Shown: positions 10,006 through 19,884 of the stretch, in pieces | Layout of the letters: every line of letters begins with the position of its first letter | How positions within the stretch are numbered: position 1 is the stretch's first letter | Assembly (NCBI GenBank): GCA_013822085.1 | Contig: PNJV01000001.1 | Span: forward strand, 27,658 to 91,657 | Source: Isosphaera sp. | GTDB lineage: Bacteria; Planctomycetota; Phycisphaerae; Phycisphaerales; UBA1924 | Length of the DNA stretch: 64,000 bases | Reading direction: 5' to 3' | Notes under the pieces: generated by a model | Databases searched by the model: none | Told to the model about the DNA's origin: nothing | What the model saw: the letters and a program-made list of their open reading frames with translations, nothing else | Translations under genes and position numbers: made by a program

Positions 10006-10569
10006 TCAGGCGGCGCCCTGCGCCCCGCCGGCCCCCGAGCGCTGCACCACCCGCGACACCGACTCCCGCGTGAACCGCAGGCGCACGTTCCCCTCGTCCG
10101 AGCGCAGCGAGACCTCGCCCTCGCGCAGCTCCACGATCGTCCCGATCATCCCGCCGCTGGTCACCACGCGGTCGCCCAGCGCCAGCCCCGAGAGCATCTC
10201 GGCGCGGCGCTTGCGGTCCTTGCGCGAGGCCATGAAGCTCATCATGATCATGAGCCCGAGCCCCAGCATCAGGATCAGCATGAACTCGGGGCCCATCCCG
10301 CCACCGCCGGCCCCCGCGCCCGCCCCCGGCAGCGGCCCAGCCCCGGGCGTCAGGCCAGCCGTGGTCGCGTTGGCCGGCGCCGGGCCCGCTGTCGCCCCGT
10401 TGCCGGCCGGCACGCCGACGACCTGCTGCACAGCCGCGGGCGCCGGACCCGCCGCGGGGGGCGTCGCCCACGCCCGCGACCCGACCCCGCCCGCGCCGAG
10501 CCACAGCGCCAACGCCACCATCAGGCCCGCTGCCGCAGACCACGCCGTGCCAGTCTTGATCGTGCTCAA
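10006..10569 (-). CDS. yajC: preprotein translocase subunit YajC with N-terminal extension
   Basis: C-terminal 96 aa is canonical YajC (MLILMLGLGLMIMMSF...GDRVVTSGGMIGTIVEL). I chose the TTG at 10569 because AGGAAA lies 8 nt upstream. Alternatives are ATG 10614 or the core-only ATG 10296. Confidence 0.7.
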   Translation of the reverse strand: MSTIKTGTAWSAAAGLMVALALWLGAGGVGSRAWATPPAAGPAPAAVQQVVGVPAGNGATAGPAPANATTAGLTPGAGPLPGAGAGAGGGGMGPEFMLILMLGLGLMIMMSFMASRKDRKRRAEMLSGLALGDRVVTSGGMIGTIVELREGEVSLRSDEGNVRLRFTRESVSRVVQRSGAGGAQGAA

Positions 10570-10628
10570 TGGAGTGCTTTCCTGCGCCGGGGCCCCGCGT
10601 GACGCACGCGGCATGCCCGGCCCGAACA

Positions 10629-11927
10629 CTATGCCCGGCGGGCTTGCCCGCCCGCCCCGCCGTCGCAGCGCGGGCCAAGCCCGGCGCCGTCGAGCCCCGG
10701 CGCCGCCACGGGCCAGCGCGCCGCCAGGCCCTCCCAGTCGTCGCTGGCGACCGTCTGGCGCACGTCGGCCATCAACGCCTGGAAGTGCGCCAGGTTGTGC
10801 GCCGTGACCATGATCGGCCCGAGCATCTCCCCGGACATAAACAGGTGCCGAAGCGCCCCGCGAGAGAACGGCCCGAACCGCTCGCCGTCGGCGCCGGCCC
10901 ACCCCCGACAGGCGGGGCACCGGCACCCCTCCTGGATCGGGCGAGTGTCCCGCGCGTGCTCGGCGTTGCGCAGCCGCAGCCGGCCCGCCGGCGTGAACGC
11001 CGTGGCGTTGCGCCCGTTGCGCGTCGGCAGCACGCAGTCGAACATGTCCACCCCGGCCAGCACCGCCGCCAGGATGTCGCGCTCGTACCCCACGCCCATG
11101 AGGTACCGCGGCCGGTCCGCCGGCAGCAGCCCGGCAGTGTGGCGGACCACCCGCGCGATGTCCTCGGGCGACTCGCCCACGGCCACGCCCCCGATCGCGT
11201 ACCCGGGCAGGTCGTACCCGCACACGCGCGCGGCGCACCAGGTGCGCGCCTCCGGGTCCGTGCCCCCTTGCACGATGCCGAAGAGCCCCTGCTGATCGGC
11301 CCGGTCGTGGGCCGCGATGCACCGCTCAAGCCACGCCACCGTGCGCCGGTTGGCCACCGCCAGGCGCTCGGCGGGGTCCATCCGGCCGCGCGCCCCCGCG
11401 TCGCGCCGCACCGCGCGCGCAAGCCTCGGGTCGGCCGCGGCGCCGTCCCCGGCCCCCGCGTCGCCGCCAACCGGGCCCGTCAGCGGCGGCGGGCAGTCGT
11501 CGAAGGCCATGATGATGTCGGCCCCGATCAGGTTCTGCGCCCGCGTGGCGCTCTCCGGGCCCAGCGTCACCTCCGAGCCGTCGACGATCGACCGGAACCA
11601 CACCCCGTCGTCGGTCACCCGGTTGATGTCCGCCATCGAGTACGCCTGGTACCCGCCCGAGTCGGTCAGCACCGGCCTGGGCCACCCCATGACCGTGTGC
11701 ACGCCCCCCAGCTCCGCGATCGTCTGGGCGCCCGGGCGCAGCAGCAGGTGATAGGTGTTGGCCAGGCACACCCCGGCCCCGCACCGCGCCAGCAGCTCCG
11801 GCGTGATCCCCTTGACGCTCCCGCGCGTCCCCACCGGCATGAACGCCGGCGTGGGGAACGCCCCGTGCGGCGTGATCACCCGCCCCGCACGCGCCGCGCC
11901 GCGACGCGACCGCGCCGTGATCTCCAT
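10629..11927 (-). CDS. tgt: tRNA-guanine transglycosylase (queuine tRNA-ribosyltransferase)
   Basis: ATG at 11927 (MEITARS) within ORF 10629..13160. TPAFMPVGTRGSVKG, LTDSGGYQ, zinc site CRCPAC. Sits directly upstream of yajC-secDF as in many bacteria. Confidence 0.9.
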   Translation of the reverse strand: MEITARSRRGAARAGRVITPHGAFPTPAFMPVGTRGSVKGITPELLARCGAGVCLANTYHLLLRPGAQTIAELGGVHTVMGWPRPVLTDSGGYQAYSMADINRVTDDGVWFRSIVDGSEVTLGPESATRAQNLIGADIIMAFDDCPPPLTGPVGGDAGAGDGAAADPRLARAVRRDAGARGRMDPAERLAVANRRTVAWLERCIAAHDRADQQGLFGIVQGGTDPEARTWCAARVCGYDLPGYAIGGVAVGESPEDIARVVRHTAGLLPADRPRYLMGVGYERDILAAVLAGVDMFDCVLPTRNGRNATAFTPAGRLRLRNAEHARDTRPIQEGCRCPACRGWAGADGERFGPFSRGALRHLFMSGEMLGPIMVTAHNLAHFQALMADVRQTVASDDWEGLAARWPVAAPGLDGAGLGPRCDGGAGGQARRA

Positions 11928-11944
11928 CCTCACCGGGCGTGCGC

Positions 11945-13225
11945 TCACGGCTGAGCGGCCCCGGGCCCCGGGCGCTGGCCCGCCTTGCCCTCGCCGCTGC
12001 CCCCATCGCCACCGCCGCCGCCGGCCCCCCGCGCAGCCCAGTAGCGCGTGGCCCGGACCAGCGTGGCCCGCTCGGACACGCTCAGCGATTCCTTGCCGCT
12101 GCGCCGGATCTTGACCAGCAGCCGATCGATCTCCCCCTCGACCGGCGGCCGGTTGGCCCCGCGCAGCAGCCGCTGGGCCACGCGCAGCCCGCGCCCAGCG
12201 GCCGTCGCCGGCGCGCCGCTGGCAGCCGCGCTCCCCCCCGCACCCCCTGGCGCACGAGAATCGGTGAACACGTCGAAGAAGTCGCTGAGCAGGTGCGTCC
12301 GCCGCACAAAGAAGTACCCCGCGATGGCGCCCCCCGCGTGGGCCGCCTCCCCGCCCTGGTTGGAGCCCCCGAACAGCAGGTTCGCCGCTGTGATCCCCGC
12401 AAGGGCGTACACGGCCGTGCGCATCCTCATCGGGAGCACGAAGAACACGAGCACCTTCTCGCGCGGCGCCAGGTACGCCGCGGCCATGAGCACCCCGAAG
12501 ATCCCCGCCGAGGCCCCCACCAGCGGCGTCCGCGGGTCGTTGATCAGCACCCCGGGCACGCGCGCACCGGCCAGCGCGTAGTACCCGACGAAGTTGAGCA
12601 GCAGGTACGCCACCGCGCCGAAGATCCCGCACGCCAGGTAGAACGCCGCGTACCGCCGCGAGCCCAGCGACGTCTCGACGAGCCCCCCCACAAACCACAG
12701 CCCGACCATGTTCATGAACAGGTGCGACGGCGACGCGTGCAGGAACTGGAACGTCACCAGACGCCACACCTCCAGCGCCAGGAAGCCCCGGCTGGTCGAG
12801 AACGCGCCCCACGCCTCCAGCGGGTTCTGCACGATCCCCACCGCGTACGTCTCGCCCGTCCGGGGGTCGCTCACCGGCGCGGCCACCACGCGGCCGTCCC
12901 CGAGCGCCACCGGCACCGCCACCGCCTGCGGCACCGCCATCCCCGACACCCGGGCCCCCGCCGGCGCCTGCGCGGTCGTCAGCCGGTCGTCGCCGTACAC
13001 CCGGCCGGCCCACTGCCCGGGCGTCACCCACGCCGGCTGCGGCGGGTCCTTGACCACCAGCACGCTCAGCGAGCCGGGCGACGAGAAGACCAGACCAGCC
13101 AGCACGTACAGGCCCACGTTGATCACGATCAGCCACGTGTTGAACGTCCACCCGCCCCACAGCACGGCGGTCCGCTCCGCGCGAGTGCGCGGGCCGCGGG
13201 CGTAGTCTCGATCAGCGATGCCCAT
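11945..13225 (-). CDS. rhomboid family intramembrane serine protease with long C-terminal tail
   Basis: ATG at 13225 (MGIADRDYARG). FLHASPSHLFMNM, catalytic GASAGIFGV, AHAGGAIAGY. Soluble tail carries EGEIDRLLVKIRRSGKESLSVSERATL. Confidence 0.85.
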   Translation of the reverse strand: MGIADRDYARGPRTRAERTAVLWGGWTFNTWLIVINVGLYVLAGLVFSSPGSLSVLVVKDPPQPAWVTPGQWAGRVYGDDRLTTAQAPAGARVSGMAVPQAVAVPVALGDGRVVAAPVSDPRTGETYAVGIVQNPLEAWGAFSTSRGFLALEVWRLVTFQFLHASPSHLFMNMVGLWFVGGLVETSLGSRRYAAFYLACGIFGAVAYLLLNFVGYYALAGARVPGVLINDPRTPLVGASAGIFGVLMAAAYLAPREKVLVFFVLPMRMRTAVYALAGITAANLLFGGSNQGGEAAHAGGAIAGYFFVRRTHLLSDFFDVFTDSRAPGGAGGSAAASGAPATAAGRGLRVAQRLLRGANRPPVEGEIDRLLVKIRRSGKESLSVSERATLVRATRYWAARGAGGGGGDGGSGEGKAGQRPGPGAAQP

Positions 13226-13313
13226 GCGCCTCCGGCCCCCTTGTCTGCCCGCCAACAGCCCACCAACCCCCGCGCCCTGCCCGTCGCCCGGCTCGTTTGG
13301 CCCCGCTGACTCA

Positions 13314-13386
13314 GGGCCGATCACCAAGCCCGCCTGCGCCGATCACGAACCCCGTCGGGGCCGATCACTGGGCCCGCCTGCGGATC
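13314..13386. repeat. imperfect direct repeat of about 30 nt, period 44 nt, spanning the 3' end of the M50 gene and the spacer
   Basis: gggccgatcaccaagcccgcctgcgccgatc (13314-13344) versus gggccgatcactgggcccgcctgcggatc (13358-13386). Copy 2 encodes the last codons plus stop of the M50 gene. Confidence 0.75.
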
Positions 13387-14492
13387 GTGTCCTGCTCGAG
13401 GAACCGCTTCTCCGAGCGCGTCAGCGAGGCCATCCCGCGTGCCGAGATCTTTTCGAGGATCCGGTCGAGCTCTTTCTGGTGCTCCACGGCCTCGGCCTGG
13501 GCCCGCTCAGCGGCCCGGCGAGAGGGCGGCGCCGCCAGCCCGCGGCGCTCCCCGGCGGGGCCCTGGTGCGCCGCCGACAGGTCCGGCTCCTCCTCTTCCT
13601 CCTGGCCCTGCCGCCACGGCTCCTCGGCTCTCTGCGAGGCGATCCAGCGCTGCCGCTGGAGCTCCTGCCAGCACGTCAGCCCGCCCATGAGCGCGATGCC
13701 GAAGAGGACGTTCTCGCCGCGCAGCAGCGCGTACACGCCCAGCAGCGCCGCCATCCCCACGCCGACCCGCGCCACCGCGTACGTCGCCCGGTCGTAGCCC
13801 ACCCGCCGCCACAGCAGAGCCTGGACGATCCGGCCGCCGTCCATCGGGTACATCACCAGCAGCACGTTGAACAGCAGCAGCGCCCCGTTCATGTAGTAGA
13901 ACCACCAGCCCCACCGGTACGCGTGGTACCACCACCCGGGGCGCCCGGCGCCCGACGTGGCAAAGACCGACCCGTACGCCCGGAACGGGTCCAGCGGGTT
14001 GAACACCACCGACTCGAGCGTGCCGGTCAGCAGCACCAGCGGCACCCCGAGCACGGGGATCAGCGCCACGTTGACCATCGGCCCGCCCAGCGTCGTGATC
14101 AGGTTGTCGCGCCACCGGTGGCGCGGCCGGCACATCGCCAGCCCACCCAGCGGCCACATCAGGATCTCGTCGGCCTCGCCCCCGACCGCCCGGCAGGCGA
14201 AGCAGTGCCCAAACTCGTGCGCCAGCACGATCAGGAACAGCCCCAGCACGGCGATCGCCATGTCGCCGCGCTGCCCGCTGGTGAGCACCTGCAAGACGCC
14301 CCAGACGATCATCAGCACCGACACCCGCACCGAGATCCCGCGCACGCGCCCCAGCGGCACCGCCCACATCAGCGGGTTGTCGCCCACGAAGATGTTGCGG
14401 TACCACGGCCGGCGCGGGCCCCACGCCCCGCCGTGGCCGCCGCTGAGCCAGCCCCCCTCACCGGTTCCTCCGCTGCGCCACGAGCGTGCCAT
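13365..14492 (-). CDS. M50 family (site-2-protease type) intramembrane metalloprotease
   Basis: HEFGH zinc motif (LAHEFGHCF) and the second S2P motif NVLLVMYPMDGGRI, with multiple TM helices. C-terminal tail carries QKELDRILEKISARGMASLTRSEKRFLE. Confidence 0.8.
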   Translation of the reverse strand: MARSWRSGGTGEGGWLSGGHGGAWGPRRPWYRNIFVGDNPLMWAVPLGRVRGISVRVSVLMIVWGVLQVLTSGQRGDMAIAVLGLFLIVLAHEFGHCFACRAVGGEADEILMWPLGGLAMCRPRHRWRDNLITTLGGPMVNVALIPVLGVPLVLLTGTLESVVFNPLDPFRAYGSVFATSGAGRPGWWYHAYRWGWWFYYMNGALLLFNVLLVMYPMDGGRIVQALLWRRVGYDRATYAVARVGVGMAALLGVYALLRGENVLFGIALMGGLTCWQELQRQRWIASQRAEEPWRQGQEEEEEPDLSAAHQGPAGERRGLAAPPSRRAAERAQAEAVEHQKELDRILEKISARGMASLTRSEKRFLEQDTIRRRAQ

Positions 14493-14582
14493 GGGCGTCG
14501 CCTCCTCGGGCCGGGGCCCCGTCGGTCATTATCGGCCCGCTGGGGCCGCGGTTGCACCCAGGCCGCTCTCGACGCGCCCGAT

Positions 14583-14660
14583 CCCCACACCCCCCACACC
14601 CCCCACACCCCACCCCCCGCACCTGTCCCACCGCACCCACCCGCGGCCCCACCACCCCTC
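14583..14660. repeat. C-run low-complexity tract (ccccacac / cccacc units) in the NUDIX-M50 spacer
   Basis: ccccacaccccccacaccccccacaccccaccccccgcacctgtcccaccgcacccacccgcggccccaccacccc read on the plus strand. Confidence 0.85.
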
Positions 14661-14665
14661 AGCCC

Positions 14666-14695
14666 CGCCCTGAGCAGGCCCGCCCTGAGCAGGCC
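14666..14695. repeat. perfect 15-bp tandem duplication (cgccctgagcaggcc x2)
   Basis: Two identical copies at 14666-14680 and 14681-14695, followed by a partial third copy (cgc). Confidence 0.9.
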
Positions 14696-14704
14696 CGCTG
14701 TGGG

Positions 14705-15247
14705 CTACACCCCCAGCAGGCCCCGACGCTGAGCCACCAGCAGCGCCACCATCGACTTCCCGTCGCACAGCCGGCCGTCGTCGATCATCGCCAGCGCCTC
14801 GCGCGGCGGCGTGAGCAGGACCTCGATCGCCTCGTCGGGCTCGAGCCGCTGCCCCACGTACGCCAGCCCGTCGGCGAAGTACGCGTGCATCCGCTCGCTG
14901 GTCAGCCCCGGCGTGGTGTCGTAGGACCCCAGCGGCGAGACCCGCGCCGCCTGATACCCCGTCTCTTCGATCAGCTCGCGCGACGCGCACACCGCCGGGT
15001 CCTCGCCGATCTCCAGCGTGCCGGCGCAGCACTCGATCGACCAGCGCTCCAGCGCAAAGCGGTACACGCGGATCAGCACCAGCCGGCCGTCGTCCATCCG
15101 CGGCACCACCACCACCGCCCCCGGGTGGCGCACCATCTCCCGCTGCACCACCCCGCCCGACGGCATGGCCACGTCCACCTGCTCGAAGTCGAACTTCTTG
15201 CCCCGGTGGATCACGCGCCGGGCCGCGATGGTCGGGTGTGTGTGCAT
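14705..15247 (-). CDS. NUDIX hydrolase (ADP-ribose pyrophosphatase-like)
   Basis: ATG at 15247 (MHTHPTIAARR). Complete Nudix box GTLEIGEDPAVCASRELIEETGY (Gx5Ex7REUxEExGU). Confidence 0.85.
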   Translation of the reverse strand: MHTHPTIAARRVIHRGKKFDFEQVDVAMPSGGVVQREMVRHPGAVVVVPRMDDGRLVLIRVYRFALERWSIECCAGTLEIGEDPAVCASRELIEETGYQAARVSPLGSYDTTPGLTSERMHAYFADGLAYVGQRLEPDEAIEVLLTPPREALAMIDDGRLCDGKSMVALLVAQRRGLLGV

Positions 15248-15305
15248 GTGGTTCACGCGTTGGCTGCAAGCACCTGCCTGTGGAGCGCCGGGCCCAGGGC
15301 GGCCC

Positions 15306-17587
<2,282 letters not shown>

Positions 17588-17644
17588 GCTGGGCTTCCCT
17601 GGGCGTGCGGGCCCAGTATACATGCGCTGGCGCCCGCGGCGCCG

Positions 17645-18742
17645 TCACCCGACCGCCGACAAGACCGACCGCACGTAGTCGGCCCGGGCCTCGCGGCGTT
17701 GCTGCTGGTCCAGCTCCTGGCCCAGCAAGCGCTGGAGGTGGGCCGGCTGGGTGAGCACAAAGAGCCTGTTGATGCCCGTCAGGTCGATGCCGCGCAGCAG
17801 GCCCAGCGTCACGCCCAGCCTGGCCAGCGACAGGTTCGCAAGGCACTCGTCCGGCGGGAGCAGCCGGGCCGTGCGCAGCACCCCGAGGGCCCGGAAGACC
17901 TGGTCCTCGAGCACCCGCCGGCGACTCTCCAGCAGCCGGCGCCGCGCGTCGCGCTCGGCGCGCACCACGTCCGGGATCACCTGGTGGAGCAGGTCGCGCA
18001 GGATCCCCTCCTCGCTGCGCCCCAGCGTCGTCTGGTTGGAGAGCTGGAACAGGTCCCCGGCCGCCTCGGAGCGCTCGCCGTAGAACCCCCGGACCGTCAG
18101 GGCCATATCGCGGGCTGCGCGCTTGATCTTGTCCACCTCGCCCATGAGCCGGATCCCGGGCAGGTGCAGCATCACCGACATGCGCACGCCGGAGCCCACG
18201 TTGGTCGGGCACGCGGTGAGGTACCCGAACCTTGGGTGGAAGGCGTAGTTGAGCCGCGCGTCCAGGGCCGTGTCCACCGCGTCCAGCTGCGCGCTGGCCT
18301 CGGTCAGGGCCAGCCCCGAGCGGATCACCTGCAAGCGCAGCAGGTCCTCCTCGTTGACCATGATCGACAGCCGCTCGTCGGGCACCGACACCGCCAGGCC
18401 GCGCGGCGCGTCGGCCGGCTCGGCCTCGGCCAGCTCCTTGCTCATCAGGTGCCGCTCGACGAGCAGCCTGCGATCGATCGCCGACAGCTCGTGCACCGCC
18501 AGCCACGCCACCCCCCACCCACGCCCGCCGGGCTCGGCAGCGGCGCGCTGGATCTGCTCCCGGCACAGCTCGACGGCCCGGGCACGCTGGGGCGCGTCGC
18601 ACCGCGCCGGGAACGGCATCGCCGCCAGGTTCCGCGCCAGACGCACCCGCGACGAGATCACCACGTCCGATTCGGCGCCGCCCCCGAGCCAGTCCGCGCC
18701 GCGCTTGACCGACTCGGGGCATAACGGACCCAGGGCCTCCAT
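17645..18742 (-). CDS. mcsB: protein arginine kinase McsB (ATP:guanido phosphotransferase)
   Basis: Phosphagen-kinase catalytic core ACPTNVGSGVRMSVMLHLP, VISSRVRLARNL, LIMVNEEDLLRLQ-like block. Its start codon overlaps the mcsA stop (TGATG). Confidence 0.85.
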   Translation of the reverse strand: MEALGPLCPESVKRGADWLGGGAESDVVISSRVRLARNLAAMPFPARCDAPQRARAVELCREQIQRAAAEPGGRGWGVAWLAVHELSAIDRRLLVERHLMSKELAEAEPADAPRGLAVSVPDERLSIMVNEEDLLRLQVIRSGLALTEASAQLDAVDTALDARLNYAFHPRFGYLTACPTNVGSGVRMSVMLHLPGIRLMGEVDKIKRAARDMALTVRGFYGERSEAAGDLFQLSNQTTLGRSEEGILRDLLHQVIPDVVRAERDARRRLLESRRRVLEDQVFRALGVLRTARLLPPDECLANLSLARLGVTLGLLRGIDLTGINRLFVLTQPAHLQRLLGQELDQQQRREARADYVRSVLSAVG

Positions 18743-19347
18743 CAGCCGTGCCCCCCCGTCCCCCCCGTCCCCCCCGCTCCCGCGCCCCCGCGGGCCTCAC
18801 CCTCCAAACCCCGCAGCTCGTCACGCAGCCGCGCAGCGCGCTCGTACTGCTCGGCGGCCACCGCCTCCGACAGCGCCCGGCGCAGCGCCTCGGCACGCCG
18901 CTGCGCCGCCTCAGCGACCCCCCGATCGGCCCCGACGTCGGCCCCGCCCTTGGCCGGGACGCGCGCAGCGGACGAACGCAACCGGCCCGGCACCTTGCCC
19001 ACGTGGTGGGTCGCGCCCTCGTGGGCGCGCTCGATCAGCGGGCCCAGGCTCGGCTCGAAGGCGTGGTAGCAGTCCGGGCACCCGAGCACGCCCTCACTGC
19101 GGAAGGCCGAGTAGCTCATGCCGCACGTCGGGCACGCCTTGGGCTGCTGCGCCGGCGACGCCGCGGGGCCCTGCGCCTGACCGGCGATGATCTGCGAGAT
19201 CACCGCCGACACCGCCGAGTGCGCCTGCGGCGGCGCACCCTCGGCGCCGGCGCACCGCTCGCACAGGTGCCGCTCCACACGCACGCCGTTGCGGATCGTC
19301 ACCTCGTGCACCGTCGCATCACTCTGGCAGCGGTCGCATTTCACCAC
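18742..19347 (-). CDS. mcsA: McsA-like activator of McsB (zinc-finger pairs plus UVR domain)
   Basis: Starts GTG-GTG (MVKCDRCQ). CxxC pairs CDRC, CERC, CPTC, CPDC. C-terminal UVR motif AVAAEQYERAARLRDELRGLE. Confidence 0.8.
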   Translation of the reverse strand: MVKCDRCQSDATVHEVTIRNGVRVERHLCERCAGAEGAPPQAHSAVSAVISQIIAGQAQGPAASPAQQPKACPTCGMSYSAFRSEGVLGCPDCYHAFEPSLGPLIERAHEGATHHVGKVPGRLRSSAARVPAKGGADVGADRGVAEAAQRRAEALRRALSEAVAAEQYERAARLRDELRGLEGEARGGAGAGGTGGTGGHG

Positions 19348-19475
19348 GGGTAGAGACGGCTTTGGCTGCCCGGATGGGTCAAAGCTGTGCCAATCGGCGG
19401 TGTCGGTTGCTCGCGTGGGTGCTAGCAGCGCATCGGCGTGGTTGCTTTGCCCCAGCCTGGGCCCAGCAGAACGCC

Positions 19476-19760
19476 TCAGGAGGCCGCGCCACCGGCCAGC
19501 TTCTGCTGGCGGGTGTAGCCGTCACGCCGGCGCAGCGGCTTGACGACCAGCCCGCTCTTGATGGCCTTGGTCGAGGCCACGATCCGGGTGGGGACGCCGT
19601 CGATCACCGCGCGGACCTTCTGGAGGTTCGGCTTGAACTTCCGCCGCGTGATGCCGGTGGGCTTGAGCCCGAAGCCGCCCTTGGAGATCTTCTGGCCGCG
19701 GTACACGCGCGACTTGCCGAACGAGGACTTCTTGCCGGTGAAATGACACACAAAGGCCAT
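19476..19760 (-). CDS. rpmB: 50S ribosomal protein L28
   Basis: MAFVCHFTGKKSSFGKSRVY...KPNLQKVRAVIDG fits the L28 pattern. GGAG lies 7 nt upstream of the ATG. Confidence 0.85.
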   Translation of the reverse strand: MAFVCHFTGKKSSFGKSRVYRGQKISKGGFGLKPTGITRRKFKPNLQKVRAVIDGVPTRIVASTKAIKSGLVVKPLRRRDGYTRQQKLAGGAAS

Positions 19761-19884
19761 GGGCAGCTCCGAGTATGGCCCGAATCATTGGCCCGCTGCG
19801 GGCCCCGGACAAGACAGCCACCCCCCACCCCCCGCGCCCCGCGCCCCGGCGTCTCGGGCCGGGCAGGCGCTCAGGGCTGCGCGT

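Noticed and set aside
14541-14556. TGGGGCCGCGGTTGCA on the plus strand, with GG-N10-GC spacing and a good TTGCA.
   Set aside because: The -24 half is poor, and there is no plus-strand gene downstream (only the C-run tract and the 3' end of the NUDIX gene). It is likely a chance match in GC-rich DNA.
19377-19393. GGTCAAA-gct-GTGCCAA, 30 nt upstream of mcsA, as a CtsR operator (consensus GGTCAAA-NAN-GGTCAAA). On the other strand it reads TTGGCAC-agct-TTGACC, which is sigma-54-like.
   Set aside because: Only the first heptad matches CtsR (the second is 4/7) and no ctsR gene is visible. As a sigma-54 promoter the GG-to-GA spacing is one nt short and the -12 GC is missing. I therefore claim neither.
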